Below, piece by piece: positions 9,477 through 18,260 of a stretch of 64,000 nucleotides of DNA (position 1 is the stretch's first letter; each line of letters starts with the position of its first letter). Where the stretch lies: NCBI GenBank assembly GCA_041661275.1, contig JBAZUU010000002.1, positions 137,148 through 201,147 of the forward strand. The letters are read 5' to 3'. The translations under genes were made by a program, and so were the position numbers. The stretch is from Parcubacteria group bacterium. GTDB taxonomy: Bacteria; Patescibacteriota; Minisyncoccia; Moranbacterales; UBA2206. The notes beneath the pieces are model-generated. The model was not told the origin of the DNA and did not search any database. It saw only the letters and a list, made by a program, of their open reading frames with translations.

Positions 9477-11435
9477 ATGCTCGAAAAAAATTTGCCTGTC
9501 GAAATAATCAACAAAGTATTCCGTGATCCGGATATGCAATTTGGTTTGGCAAATTTTAGCGATGTGAAGCTGGACCAGGTTTTGAAAATTTTTGAAGGCA
9601 AGGAAGATAAGGGAAAATTCTATGCCAAATGCTTAAAGCGAGGGAAAGACATTTTGATCTATAATGAAGAAAAAAAATTAGGAAAACCTGAGGAGATAAT
9701 CCGCCAGCTCATGGTCTATAAGCTGGTTAATTTTTATAAATACCCTATCGACCGCATCGATGTTGAAGTCGACGTGCAATTCGGACGTGAAATTGGAAAA
9801 AAAAGAGCAGACATTGTGGTTTATCGGGAAGACTTGAAAACTCCCTATTTACTGGTTGAGGTTAAAAAGCCGGATGTGAAAGATGGATTGGGACAACTCA
9901 AAAGCTACGCCAATGCCACTGGCGCGCCGATCCTGATTCTGACCGACGGAAAAATACAAAATAATATTCTTAGAACGGATCCAAATCTTTTTGAAGACCT
10001 GCCGGAGATTCCAAAATTTAACGAAACAGTTGATGACGTACGCAAGGAAAAAATTTCTTACGCAGATTTAAAAGAAGTTGAAAACTTAAAACAGCTTATT
10101 TATGATCTTCAAGAAGTGGTGTTGGCAAACAGTGGCGTCGATTCATTCGACGAAATTTTTAAACTAGTTTACGCCAAACTTTATGATGAGCTGGAAACTC
10201 CAAGAAGTGATAATAGAAGATTTAGGGTTATCGCTGGCGTAACCAATAAGGAAAATCTAGCTAATATCTGTCGTCTATTCGAAGACGCTAAAAAAGAATG
10301 GAAAGATGTTTTCAAGCCTAACGATGAAATAGAAATTCCGGAAAATGTTATTGTTCCGGCAGTTTCACTTCTTCAGAAATTCCGACTTTTTGGTTCTAAC
10401 CTCCAAGTTATTGATGACGCCTTTGAATATCTCATAAACTTGGATGCCAAAGGAGAAAAGGGGCAATATTTTACTCCCCGTCATGTTATCGATATGGCGG
10501 TCAAAATGCTGGCGCCTACTCCCAAGGATTCCATAATTGACACAGCTGCCGGATCTTGCGGGTTTTTACTTCATGCTATGCAATATGTTTGGGACAAAGA
10601 GATTAACAAAGAAAAATACGGTGATGATTATAAAACCAGACAGAAAAATTATGCCGAAAAGCAATTATTTGGAATTGATTTTGATCCTCGCAGCGTAAAA
10701 ATTGGAAAAGCGATGATGCTCATTGCAGGGGACGGAAAAACCAATGTTACATTTGCAAATTCTCTTGATAGCGAAAATTGGAGCGATGACGCTCGGACGA
10801 GATTCCGCCCGTTTCTTGCTAACTCTAAGGACAGTGAAGAAAACCGAAAAAACCAGGAACGAATGACTGATTTTAATTTTGATATTGTTATGACCAATCC
10901 GCCCTTTGCCGGAGAGATAAAGGGCGTGCTTCTCAATCGCTATGACTTGGGTTTCAAATGGGATAAGGAATTTCAAAAAACATCGAAGCATCAAAACAAG
11001 GTTTCTAGGGATATTCTTTTCATTGAGCGAAATTTGAATTTCCTAAAGCCTGGCGGACGAATGGCAATTGTTTTGCCGCAAGGGGTTTTCAATAATACCA
11101 ATTCCGAATATGTCCGGCGGTTTATTATGAATAAAGCGAAAATCTTAGCAGTGGTCGGACTTCATGGAAATACTTTTAAGCCGCACACCGGAACAAAAAC
11201 ATCGGTTTTGTTTTTGGAAAAGTGGGCCGGAAAACCACTTGAAGATTGTCCAATTTTTATGGCTGTTTCGAAACGCGGCGGAAAAGACACGTCAGGAGAT
11301 TATGTTTATAGGAAAGATAGAGAGGGGAATGTGATGTATGATGCAAGTGGGAAGAAAATCATTGATCATGATTTGGATGAGATTGCGGAGGAGTTTTTGA
11401 AATTCACAAATGAAAGCTATCTTAAATTGCAATAA
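9477..11435 (+). CDS. Bifunctional restriction endonuclease-N6-adenine DNA methyltransferase, BcgI subunit A-like (Type IIB/IIG-like): N-terminal HsdR_N-type PD-(D/E)XK domain + gamma-class MTase
   Basis: ADIVVY..LLVEVKK nuclease core (~aa 110-135). AdoMet motif I DTAAGSCGFLL precedes motif IV NPPFAG. 652 aa. No helicase/HsdR gene nearby. Confidence 0.75.
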   Translation: MLEKNLPVEIINKVFRDPDMQFGLANFSDVKLDQVLKIFEGKEDKGKFYAKCLKRGKDILIYNEEKKLGKPEEIIRQLMVYKLVNFYKYPIDRIDVEVDVQFGREIGKKRADIVVYREDLKTPYLLVEVKKPDVKDGLGQLKSYANATGAPILILTDGKIQNNILRTDPNLFEDLPEIPKFNETVDDVRKEKISYADLKEVENLKQLIYDLQEVVLANSGVDSFDEIFKLVYAKLYDELETPRSDNRRFRVIAGVTNKENLANICRLFEDAKKEWKDVFKPNDEIEIPENVIVPAVSLLQKFRLFGSNLQVIDDAFEYLINLDAKGEKGQYFTPRHVIDMAVKMLAPTPKDSIIDTAAGSCGFLLHAMQYVWDKEINKEKYGDDYKTRQKNYAEKQLFGIDFDPRSVKIGKAMMLIAGDGKTNVTFANSLDSENWSDDARTRFRPFLANSKDSEENRKNQERMTDFNFDIVMTNPPFAGEIKGVLLNRYDLGFKWDKEFQKTSKHQNKVSRDILFIERNLNFLKPGGRMAIVLPQGVFNNTNSEYVRRFIMNKAKILAVVGLHGNTFKPHTGTKTSVLFLEKWAGKPLEDCPIFMAVSKRGGKDTSGDYVYRKDREGNVMYDASGKKIIDHDLDEIAEEFLKFTNESYLKLQ

Positions 11436-12264
11436 ATATATGAATAACCCAAAAAGTACCTTGGGTCAGAAATGGATAAATTTTTTAAATGCTGTTTTTA
11501 GTCCAGTTCCAATTTTTTCATTATTAGGCGGATTAGGGCTTCTTTATTTGTCGGTGCACTATAAAGATGATGGCAGATTTTCAATCCTAATTAATTTGGC
11601 GGGCTCTCTTTTGATTGGTATCGGCGGTGCCTTTATTAAAGACAGATATGTTGAACTATCAAATGAATCAATTCTTATAAAAAAAGGTCAATCGGCAGTA
11701 AGAAATTTAGAATCTATCGCAAAACAAATAGAACAAATAAGATCTTGGCTTAAGTTTTTTATTTCTAGTAAAACATCAGATAAAAGAGATCTTGAAGAAA
11801 TCAATCGTCATTTAAGCACTACCGAAATGAACATTGCATCTGGGTTAGCAGATTGGATTGATATTGTTCCAGAGTTAAATAAAAAGGCGGAAGAAATGGC
11901 TGAAAAAGCAAAAAGCTATGAAGAAGTTGTTAAAACCTATGTTGAGGAATTATTTAAAAATAAAAAGAAGCTTTTAGAAGTGGGAGAGAATAAAAAACTT
12001 AAAGAACGATTACAAGAAAGCATAAAAAACCTGGAAAAAGAAGTAAGAGATTTAAAAAAATATAGGCCAGAATTTACTGCGAGTGGAATAATTAGTAGCT
12101 CATCCTTTGGTTCAAATGGAAACGGTCTTTCTTATTTAAATCGAAACTCTCTTGCACGTGGCCTATCAAAAACTTGTTCAAATTGCGGCAGAGTATTCGA
12201 AGATGATATAAATAGGCTTACCATCGGTCCGGATTTGTGCGAGGAATGCAGAAAAACAATATGA
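11410..12264 (+). CDS. Membrane-anchored coiled-coil protein with C-terminal CxxC..CxxC zinc ribbon, unknown function; alternative start at 11439
   Basis: Two N-terminal TM helices, a long K/E-rich predicted coiled coil, and CSNCGRVF..CEEC. Overlaps both flanking RM genes by 26-28 nt (translational coupling). Confidence 0.5.
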   Translation: MKAILNCNKYMNNPKSTLGQKWINFLNAVFSPVPIFSLLGGLGLLYLSVHYKDDGRFSILINLAGSLLIGIGGAFIKDRYVELSNESILIKKGQSAVRNLESIAKQIEQIRSWLKFFISSKTSDKRDLEEINRHLSTTEMNIASGLADWIDIVPELNKKAEEMAEKAKSYEEVVKTYVEELFKNKKKLLEVGENKKLKERLQESIKNLEKEVRDLKKYRPEFTASGIISSSSFGSNGNGLSYLNRNSLARGLSKTCSNCGRVFEDDINRLTIGPDLCEECRKTI

Positions 12265-13598
12265 TAAACTGTTCAATAATCCAAAAATCCCATCTTGAAG
12301 GCGCGATGCGATTAGATGCTGAATATTATTGTAGCGATTCATTAATCGGGTCTAATTTTCATCTAGGCAAAGACGTTGTTTCTTTTGTTCAGTATGGTAC
12401 ATCAAAAGAATTAAACGAGGAAAATAGAGGCTATCCGGTTTTGCGGCTCAATGAATTTGAGGATTGGTTCGCGGGACAACCGACGAAATATTGCAATAAG
12501 ATTAGTGAACAAACTTTTAATGGTTTAAAGCTCAAAAAAGGGGATGTATTAATTTGCAGAACCAATGGGAATCCTAAGCTTGTAGGAAAAGCTGCTCTCG
12601 TTGCGGAAAATACCAACATTGCTTTTGCTTCGTATTTATTTAGAGTTCAAGCTGATTCTTTAAAAATTAATTCCGCCACACTTACTGCGTTTTTAAATTC
12701 TAAAATCGGCAGAGCAGAGATTGAAAAATTTATTATGCCTAGCATTCAATCTAACTTCAGCCCTGCTCAATTTAGACAAATTAAAATACCTATTTTTCCA
12801 CCAGCCTTACAAAAAGAAATTGAAACGCGTTTATTTGACTCATATGAACTTTTAGCCGATTCGAAATCTTCTTATCAGCAAGCTGAAGATTTACTATTAG
12901 AAGAGCTGGGATTAAAAAATTTTGATTTTGAAAAAATATTGTCATCAGTTGTTAATTATTCCGATGTTCTAGAAGCTGAAAGAATAGACGCAGAATATTT
13001 TCAGCCGAAATATGAAAAACTGATTTCGAAAATAAAGGAAAGAAATTATAAAACCTTGCCGGAAATTATAGAAAATGTGCCTGCTGTTTTTAACGCCGCT
13101 TCAAAACCGTCAGAAAATTTCAAATACGTAGAGTTATCAAATATTAATCCTTCCGTTGGAATAATTGATGGTTTTTCAGAAGTATCAGGAAGAGAAGCGC
13201 CAGGAAGAGCGAAAAGAATATTAAAGTCTGGCGATGTAATAGTTTCAAGTGTAGAAGGATCGCTGGAAAAAGTTGCGCTGGTTGATAAAGAGCAAGATGG
13301 ACATCTTGCATCAACAGGATTTTTTCAATTGCGAAGTGATAAAATTTTGCCAGAAGTTTTACTTGTTATAGCCAGGAGTTTGGTTTTTCAAATGCAACTC
13401 GAAAAGCAATGTGCTGGAACAATTCTTACTGCCGTGCCAAAAGAGGCGATAAAAAATATTGTTGTACCAATCTTACCGAAAGAAACGCAGCAAAAAATCG
13501 CTGATCTTGTGCGACAGTCGCACAAAGCGCGGAAAAAGGCGAAAGAGCTTTTAGAAGAAGCGAAAAGGAAAGTTGAAGGGATGATAGAGAATAAATAA
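12237..13598 (+). CDS. hsdS: Restriction-modification specificity subunit (HsdS/BcgI-B-like, two target-recognition domains)
   Basis: Duplicated halves (RLDAEYY.. / RIDAEYFQP..). Central and C-terminal conserved helical spacers (IPIFPPALQKEIETRL..; ILPKETQQKIADLVR..). Confidence 0.85.
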   Translation: MRGMQKNNMINCSIIQKSHLEGAMRLDAEYYCSDSLIGSNFHLGKDVVSFVQYGTSKELNEENRGYPVLRLNEFEDWFAGQPTKYCNKISEQTFNGLKLKKGDVLICRTNGNPKLVGKAALVAENTNIAFASYLFRVQADSLKINSATLTAFLNSKIGRAEIEKFIMPSIQSNFSPAQFRQIKIPIFPPALQKEIETRLFDSYELLADSKSSYQQAEDLLLEELGLKNFDFEKILSSVVNYSDVLEAERIDAEYFQPKYEKLISKIKERNYKTLPEIIENVPAVFNAASKPSENFKYVELSNINPSVGIIDGFSEVSGREAPGRAKRILKSGDVIVSSVEGSLEKVALVDKEQDGHLASTGFFQLRSDKILPEVLLVIARSLVFQMQLEKQCAGTILTAVPKEAIKNIVVPILPKETQQKIADLVRQSHKARKKAKELLEEAKRKVEGMIENK

Positions 13599-13851
13599 TT
13601 CTATGGAACAAAAAGAATTTGAGAAATTTATATTGTACGTATTGATTGTAGTGTTTTTTACCGAGCAACTTCCTTTTGACATGAATAATGAGAAAAAACA
13701 CCAAAGCCCGCATATACCAGAGGAAAATCGGACTTCTGCAGTCTTGGGTGTTCCCACATATTCTATGTCTATCACAGCCTCTCCCTCACAAGCGCCAGAT
13801 GAGTAAGAATAGTCGAAAAGAAAAAGAAAAGAAAAAGGGGTCAAGAAAAGA

Positions 13852-13898
13852 AAAAGGGGTCAAGTACCTTTAATTACGTAATTAATTACTTACAAAAA
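13852..13898. repeat. Island gene-terminal motif, copy 1 (GGGTCAAGTACCTTTAATTACGTAATTAATTACTTACA)
   Basis: Near-identical to the 5' parts of copies at 14891.. and 18261... Contains the palindrome TTAATTACGTAATTAA. Confidence 0.6.
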
Positions 13899-14210
13899 AA
13901 TAAAAATTATCTTCTTGCTGTTTTGATGTTCCTTCTTGGCATCGGCATTGGGCTTTGGATGGGGAAAATAAAATACTCCCAAAATAAAAGCATAGTTTCG
14001 ACAAGTTAGCAGTTGTCAACTGATGCTCTACGTATGTAAGCAATATTTAGGCTTGCCATAGCCAAAAAATCAAGCTTAGGTACATATCCTACTCCAGAGT
14101 ATACTACTTATGAGTACGATAAATCAATCGAGGACCGTTCTCGATTAGTTGTTAAAAAAATGTATGCACGTTTATGACAGACAAAGAATTGATGGGAATG
14201 AAAAATTTTT

Positions 14211-14861
14211 ATGCGCATAATTGCTAAAGCGATACAATATCTGATGCTGAAGATTATGAAAAGGCTTGGTCCTTCGGATGATGACAGGCCGGCTGTTGCT
14301 GCGGCGGACCAGTTGTTGGATAAATTGCTTCCGTCTGCTTTCGCGGTTTTTCGCGATGAGAGGTTTAGGGAAGTGTGTAATTTTGGGAAAATCAGCCAGG
14401 TCGAGCATGATAGGATCTTTAACGAGCTGGAAGTGTCCGCTATCATCCTTTGTCAGTTTTGTATTGATGATCGTATGGCGATTATCGGAAATCGCGATTT
14501 TCATTTTTGGGAAACCGTCCGCGAGAATATGCCAAAAGTTTTTGTGGATAAGCTTCTGGAATATGGCGTGAAAAAAAGCGATGCTGACTTATATTTCGAC
14601 CTTATCAAGATGAGACATGACCAATATTCGAAAATCGCCGATGGCAACCGCGATCATATGGAAAATGACAAGCTATTTTCAGAATATAAAGATAGCCAGG
14701 CAGCTATGGATACGCTAAATAGGGTGCAGGCGATAATTGTGGGTACGGCGGATCATATTCGCCGGGGAAAATTAAAAAAAGGGGACGAATTGATGCGGCT
14801 GCTCAGGTCATGGCTGTTTCCCCTTGATATGGAAATTTCAAAATTTATTCGGAAACTATAA
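14211..14861 (+). CDS. Hypothetical protein (216 aa), no recognisable family; locally GC-richer
   Basis: Longest ORF in the region with a coding-like profile. Overlapping minus-strand ORFs are judged spurious. Confidence 0.45.
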   Translation: MRIIAKAIQYLMLKIMKRLGPSDDDRPAVAAADQLLDKLLPSAFAVFRDERFREVCNFGKISQVEHDRIFNELEVSAIILCQFCIDDRMAIIGNRDFHFWETVRENMPKVFVDKLLEYGVKKSDADLYFDLIKMRHDQYSKIADGNRDHMENDKLFSEYKDSQAAMDTLNRVQAIIVGTADHIRRGKLKKGDELMRLLRSWLFPLDMEISKFIRKL

Positions 14862-14890
14862 TCGGGATCATACAGAAATGATTCAAAAAA

Positions 14891-15017
14891 GGCCAAGTAC
14901 CTTTAATTACGTCCCGGTTAATTAAAAATTAACCACAGTAGTATAATAAATTAACTACGTGGCAGGCGGGATAAATAATTAACTACTTACATAATAAAAA
15001 ACCAAAAGTTATCCACA
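14891..15017. repeat. Island gene-terminal motif, copy 2 (extended), ending in AAGTTATCCACAGACGG (DnaA-box-like TTATCCACA at 15009-15017)
   Basis: GGCCAAGTACCTTTAATTACGT ... AATTAACTACTTACA ... ACCAAAAGTTATCCACAGACGGATGACCATTTTA is shared with the copy at 18261-18345. Confidence 0.6.
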
Positions 15018-15019
15018 GA

Positions 15020-15220
15020 CGGATGACCATTTTACTGTCTCCGGTAAGATGGTCAAAAACATCAATAATAAAGATCAATTTATCGGAGCCGGTAAAATGA
15101 TGAAAATAACTAAAAATAGAAATCATAAGACAAAAGACCATTTTCGTTATATCAAGAAAATGGTCAAAAAGAGCAATTGGGAAACAGAGGATCATTTTGT
15201 CAGTGCCGACAAAATGATAA
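15020..15220. repeat. Tandem array of four palindromes GA(C/T)CATTTT-N6..10-AAAATG(G/A)TC spaced ~55 nt apart
   Basis: Arms at 15025-35/15045-55, ~15073-15100 (degenerate), 15136-45/15156-65 (perfect 10 bp) and 15189-15200/15207-17 (perfect 11 bp). Confidence 0.6.
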
Positions 15221-15300
15221 AAATCGATCCATGAGACCTGGGAAAGTCTTTCTTGTTAGAAATAACGGGGAGAGTTATCCACAGGCGATAATATTGCCAT

Positions 15301-15344
15301 AAGCTGGTTATAGTGATATGATATCACTGTAAGCAGCTTTTTTA
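15301..15344 (+). terminator. Terminator/attenuator-like hairpin with nested perfect palindrome AGTGATAT-G-ATATCACT, followed by TTTTTT, 5 nt upstream of the recQ start
   Basis: Outer stem AAGCTG/CAGCTT, inner palindrome 15312-15328, T-run 15338-15343. Confidence 0.45.
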
Positions 15345-15348
15345 AATC

Positions 15349-16950
15349 ATGCTTGAAAAACAATTAGAAAAATATTTTAACTTTACCGAATTTCGTCCCG
15401 GTCAAAGGGAAATCGTGGAAACTATTATGTCCGGTCGTGATGTGGTGGCTCTTATGCCGACTGGCGGGGGAAAATCTCTTTGCTATCAATTGCCGGCGAT
15501 CATGAGTGACAAAATTTCGGTCGTCATTTCTCCGCTTATCGCGCTTATGAAAGATCAGGTAGACAGTCTCAACGCGCGCGGAATTCCGGCCACTTTTATA
15601 AACAGCAGTTTAACTTCAGATGAAATAGGAAAACGAATCGAAGACATTAAAAATAACCGGACAAAAATAATTTATGTGGCGCCGGAAAGATTTGGAAACG
15701 CCTCCTGGCAAAAATTGTTTTCCGAACTCGATGTTTTTTTGTTCGCGGTTGATGAAGCTCATTGTGTGTCGCAATGGGGTCATGATTTTCGTCCGGACTA
15801 TCTGGCCATAAAAAAATATATTGCCAACTTGAAGAATCGTCCGGTGGTGGCTGCCTTTACGGCGACGGCCACGCCGGAAGTTAAAAATGATATCATCGAA
15901 CGCCTGGAACTGCAAAATCCCGAAGTTTTTATCCGTGGTTTTGATCGGCCAAATTTGAAATTTTTTGTGGAAAGCAACTTGAAACCGAAGGAAAAATACG
16001 CGGAAGTTTTGCGGATAATTAAGGCTATGGCCGGATCGGGGATAGTTTACGCTTTGACGCGAAAAGACACTGAATTTATCGCCGAATTTTTGCGTCAAAA
16101 TAATATAGTAGCCGCGGCTTATCACGCGGGAATGGAGGCGGAGAAGCGAAAACGGATCCAGGAGGAATTTATGGACAATAAATTCAAGGTAATTGTGGCA
16201 ACCATTGCTTTTGGCATGGGAGTGGACAAAGCGGATATCAGATTTGTGATCCACAGCGGTATGCCCGGAAGCATAGAAGGCTATTATCAGGAAGCCGGAA
16301 GAGCGGGACGCGATGGCGAACAAGCCTTTTGTATCTTGCTTCATGGCAAAAAAGACGTCAGTACCCACAAGTTTTTTATTCGTATGAGTCAGGACGAAAT
16401 GTTTCTGCAAAATAAGACATGGGAAGAGATAAAAAGGGTAGTTGGCATAAAATATGACCGGCTGGAAAAAATGATCGAATATGCTACTCGCCCCAATTGC
16501 CGCCGAAAGATGATCTTGAAATATTTTAGCGATCCGGATTACGAAAGACATAAGGAAAATTGCCGAGGGTGTGATTTTTGCCTGGATTGGAAAAAATCAG
16601 CCGGAGATGCCCAGAAAAGAAAGGAGGCTATCCGTGGTAACAAAAGTTTTCTATCTTCCACTGTTAAAATATCAGCCGATTATTATGAGAAAGGAACGTC
16701 TCTTGAAAATATAGCCAGGATAAGGGGACTTGGTTTAAGGACAATCATTGATCATCTGATCGACTGGTACGCCACCGGAGGAAATCTGCGAGTGGAAGAT
16801 CTTATCAACGCGGAAGAAGAAGGGCTGATAATTTCTGCTATTGAAAAGATCGGAAGCCGAGACAGGCTAAAGCCGATAAAAGATATTCTGCCGGAAGAGA
16901 TCGGTTATGAAAAGATAAAGCTGGTGATAGTTAAGTGGGAAAGAAAGTAG
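15349..16950 (+). CDS. recQ: ATP-dependent DNA helicase RecQ (short form with zinc-binding RQC and C-terminal HTH-like region)
   Basis: FRPGQREIVETIMSGRDVVALMPTGGGKSLCYQLPA; DEAHCVSQWGHDFRPDY; C..C..C.C zinc motif. Confidence 0.9.
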   Translation: MLEKQLEKYFNFTEFRPGQREIVETIMSGRDVVALMPTGGGKSLCYQLPAIMSDKISVVISPLIALMKDQVDSLNARGIPATFINSSLTSDEIGKRIEDIKNNRTKIIYVAPERFGNASWQKLFSELDVFLFAVDEAHCVSQWGHDFRPDYLAIKKYIANLKNRPVVAAFTATATPEVKNDIIERLELQNPEVFIRGFDRPNLKFFVESNLKPKEKYAEVLRIIKAMAGSGIVYALTRKDTEFIAEFLRQNNIVAAAYHAGMEAEKRKRIQEEFMDNKFKVIVATIAFGMGVDKADIRFVIHSGMPGSIEGYYQEAGRAGRDGEQAFCILLHGKKDVSTHKFFIRMSQDEMFLQNKTWEEIKRVVGIKYDRLEKMIEYATRPNCRRKMILKYFSDPDYERHKENCRGCDFCLDWKKSAGDAQKRKEAIRGNKSFLSSTVKISADYYEKGTSLENIARIRGLGLRTIIDHLIDWYATGGNLRVEDLINAEEEGLIISAIEKIGSRDRLKPIKDILPEEIGYEKIKLVIVKWERK

Positions 16951-16990
16951 ATATTTTTTGACAGAGACGCCAAAAAACGGGAGAATAGAG

Positions 16991-17014
16991 AAGTAAGTAA
17001 CTAATTACTTATGC
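16991..17014. repeat. Partial copy of the island gene-terminal motif after recQ (AAGTAAGTAACTAATTACTTATG)
   Basis: Resembles the TAATTAATTACTTACA core of the other copies and sits ~45 nt after the recQ stop. Confidence 0.35.
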
Positions 17015-17222
17015 GCAGATTTGTGAAATTGGAAGAGGAAAGATAGAATATAATTTGGGGGAAGATTGAGGAAAAACTAAAGACGACGCTGAAAGAAAAA
17101 TGTTAAAAAAATTAGTATTTTAGGAACAAGTGATAATGGTCTTGTTGATGACAAATTCAAGAAAACATCAGGTTTAACAAAAGATTTTTTATTAAGCATA
17201 AGAAAGTGGAAAAATAAAAATT

Positions 17223-18242
17223 ATGAAAAATAATATATTAAATAACAATAATTCCGGCGAAATAATTATATATGAAGGCGCGGATGGGGCGCCTAGCATT
17301 GAAGTGCGCGTTGAGGGTGAGACGGTGTGGCTGTCACAATCACAACTCGTTGAGCTTTTTCACTCAAGCAAGGCAAATGTGAGCGAGCATATCAAGCACA
17401 TATTTAAAGAGGCTGAATTAAGCCAAGATGCAGTTGTTCGGAATTTCCGAACAACTGCGAGTGATGGAAAAAATTACAACATTGAGCACTACAATCTCGA
17501 CATGATTATCTCTTTGGGTTATAGAATAAAGTCGGATATTGCCACACATTTTCGCCAGTGGGCGACTTCGCGACTTCGTGAATACCTCGTTCAAGGATTC
17601 ACAATGAATGATGAGTTTTTGAAAAACAATGGCGGTGGCTTATATTGGAAGAAACTCTTGTCTCGCATCCGTGATATTCGATCCAGTGAAAAGATGCTGT
17701 ATAGACAAGTCCTGGATCTCTATGCCACAAGCGCGGATTATGATCCTAAATCTCTACATTCAATTAAGTTTTTCAAAATTGTGCAAAACAAATTGCACTA
17801 CGCCGCGCATAAACAGACAGCATCAGAAGTTATTTATAATCGCGCCGATAGTGATAAAAAATTTATGGGTTTGACGGTTTTTGCAGGAGATTTGCCAGTA
17901 CTCGAAGAAGTGAGAATTGCTAAAAATTATTTGTCCGCGCAAGAGTTGGAAAGATTGAACAGACTTGTCTCGGCATATTTCGAATTGGCGGAATTGCGCG
18001 CTATGGATCAGCAAGTAATGCATATGGCGGATCATATTGCATCTTTAGATAAATTACTTTCTGATTACGGCGAAGGTGTTTTGATTGATGCTGGAAAAGT
18101 AACGCATAAAAAAGCCATAGAAAAAGCAGAAAGTGAATACAAAAAATATCAAACTAAAACACTTTCGCCCGCAGAAGGAGCGTATTTGGAAAGCATTAAA
18201 ACTTTAGAGAAAAAGGTTAAAAATAATAAACCAAAGAAATAA
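17223..18242 (+). CDS. RhuM-family (virulence-associated) protein
   Basis: ETVWLSQSQLVELF..HIKHIFKE..KNYNIEHYNLDMIISLGYRIKS matches the RhuM family signature block. Confidence 0.8.
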   Translation: MKNNILNNNNSGEIIIYEGADGAPSIEVRVEGETVWLSQSQLVELFHSSKANVSEHIKHIFKEAELSQDAVVRNFRTTASDGKNYNIEHYNLDMIISLGYRIKSDIATHFRQWATSRLREYLVQGFTMNDEFLKNNGGGLYWKKLLSRIRDIRSSEKMLYRQVLDLYATSADYDPKSLHSIKFFKIVQNKLHYAAHKQTASEVIYNRADSDKKFMGLTVFAGDLPVLEEVRIAKNYLSAQELERLNRLVSAYFELAELRAMDQQVMHMADHIASLDKLLSDYGEGVLIDAGKVTHKKAIEKAESEYKKYQTKTLSPAEGAYLESIKTLEKKVKNNKPKK

Positions 18243-18260
18243 TATGAGGAGGGAGAAAAA

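Noticed and set aside
13603-13873. Small ORFs 13603-13806 and 13688-13873 downstream of hsdS
   Set aside because: No RBS, purine-rich low-complexity sequence (AAAAAGGGGTCAAG repeats), and they overlap the repeat element. More likely non-coding spacer. A TM-like stretch in the first keeps a small possibility of a micro-protein.
14108-14571. Overlapping ORFs 14108-14446(-), 14172-14504(-), 14266-14571(+)
   Set aside because: All overlap the longer plus-strand ORF 14211-14861, which has the more coding-like profile. Only that one is retained, at low confidence.
15049-15234. 61-codon ORF (MVKNINNKDQFIGAGKMMKI..) called in the six-frame track
   Set aside because: The frame is generated by four tandem palindromic DNA repeats (periodic DQF/DHF..KM.K). 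There is no RBS, and the same palindrome recurs in non-coding DNA at 18334-18363. Treated as a repeat/RNA element, not a CDS.
15616-16551. 311-aa minus-strand ORF overlapping recQ (and similar antisense ORFs 4663-6695, 10649-10994, 54119-55141)
   Set aside because: They lie entirely antisense to well-supported conserved genes (RecQ, the giant surface protein, the MTase, the S41 protease) and have low-complexity composition. Spurious shadow ORFs.
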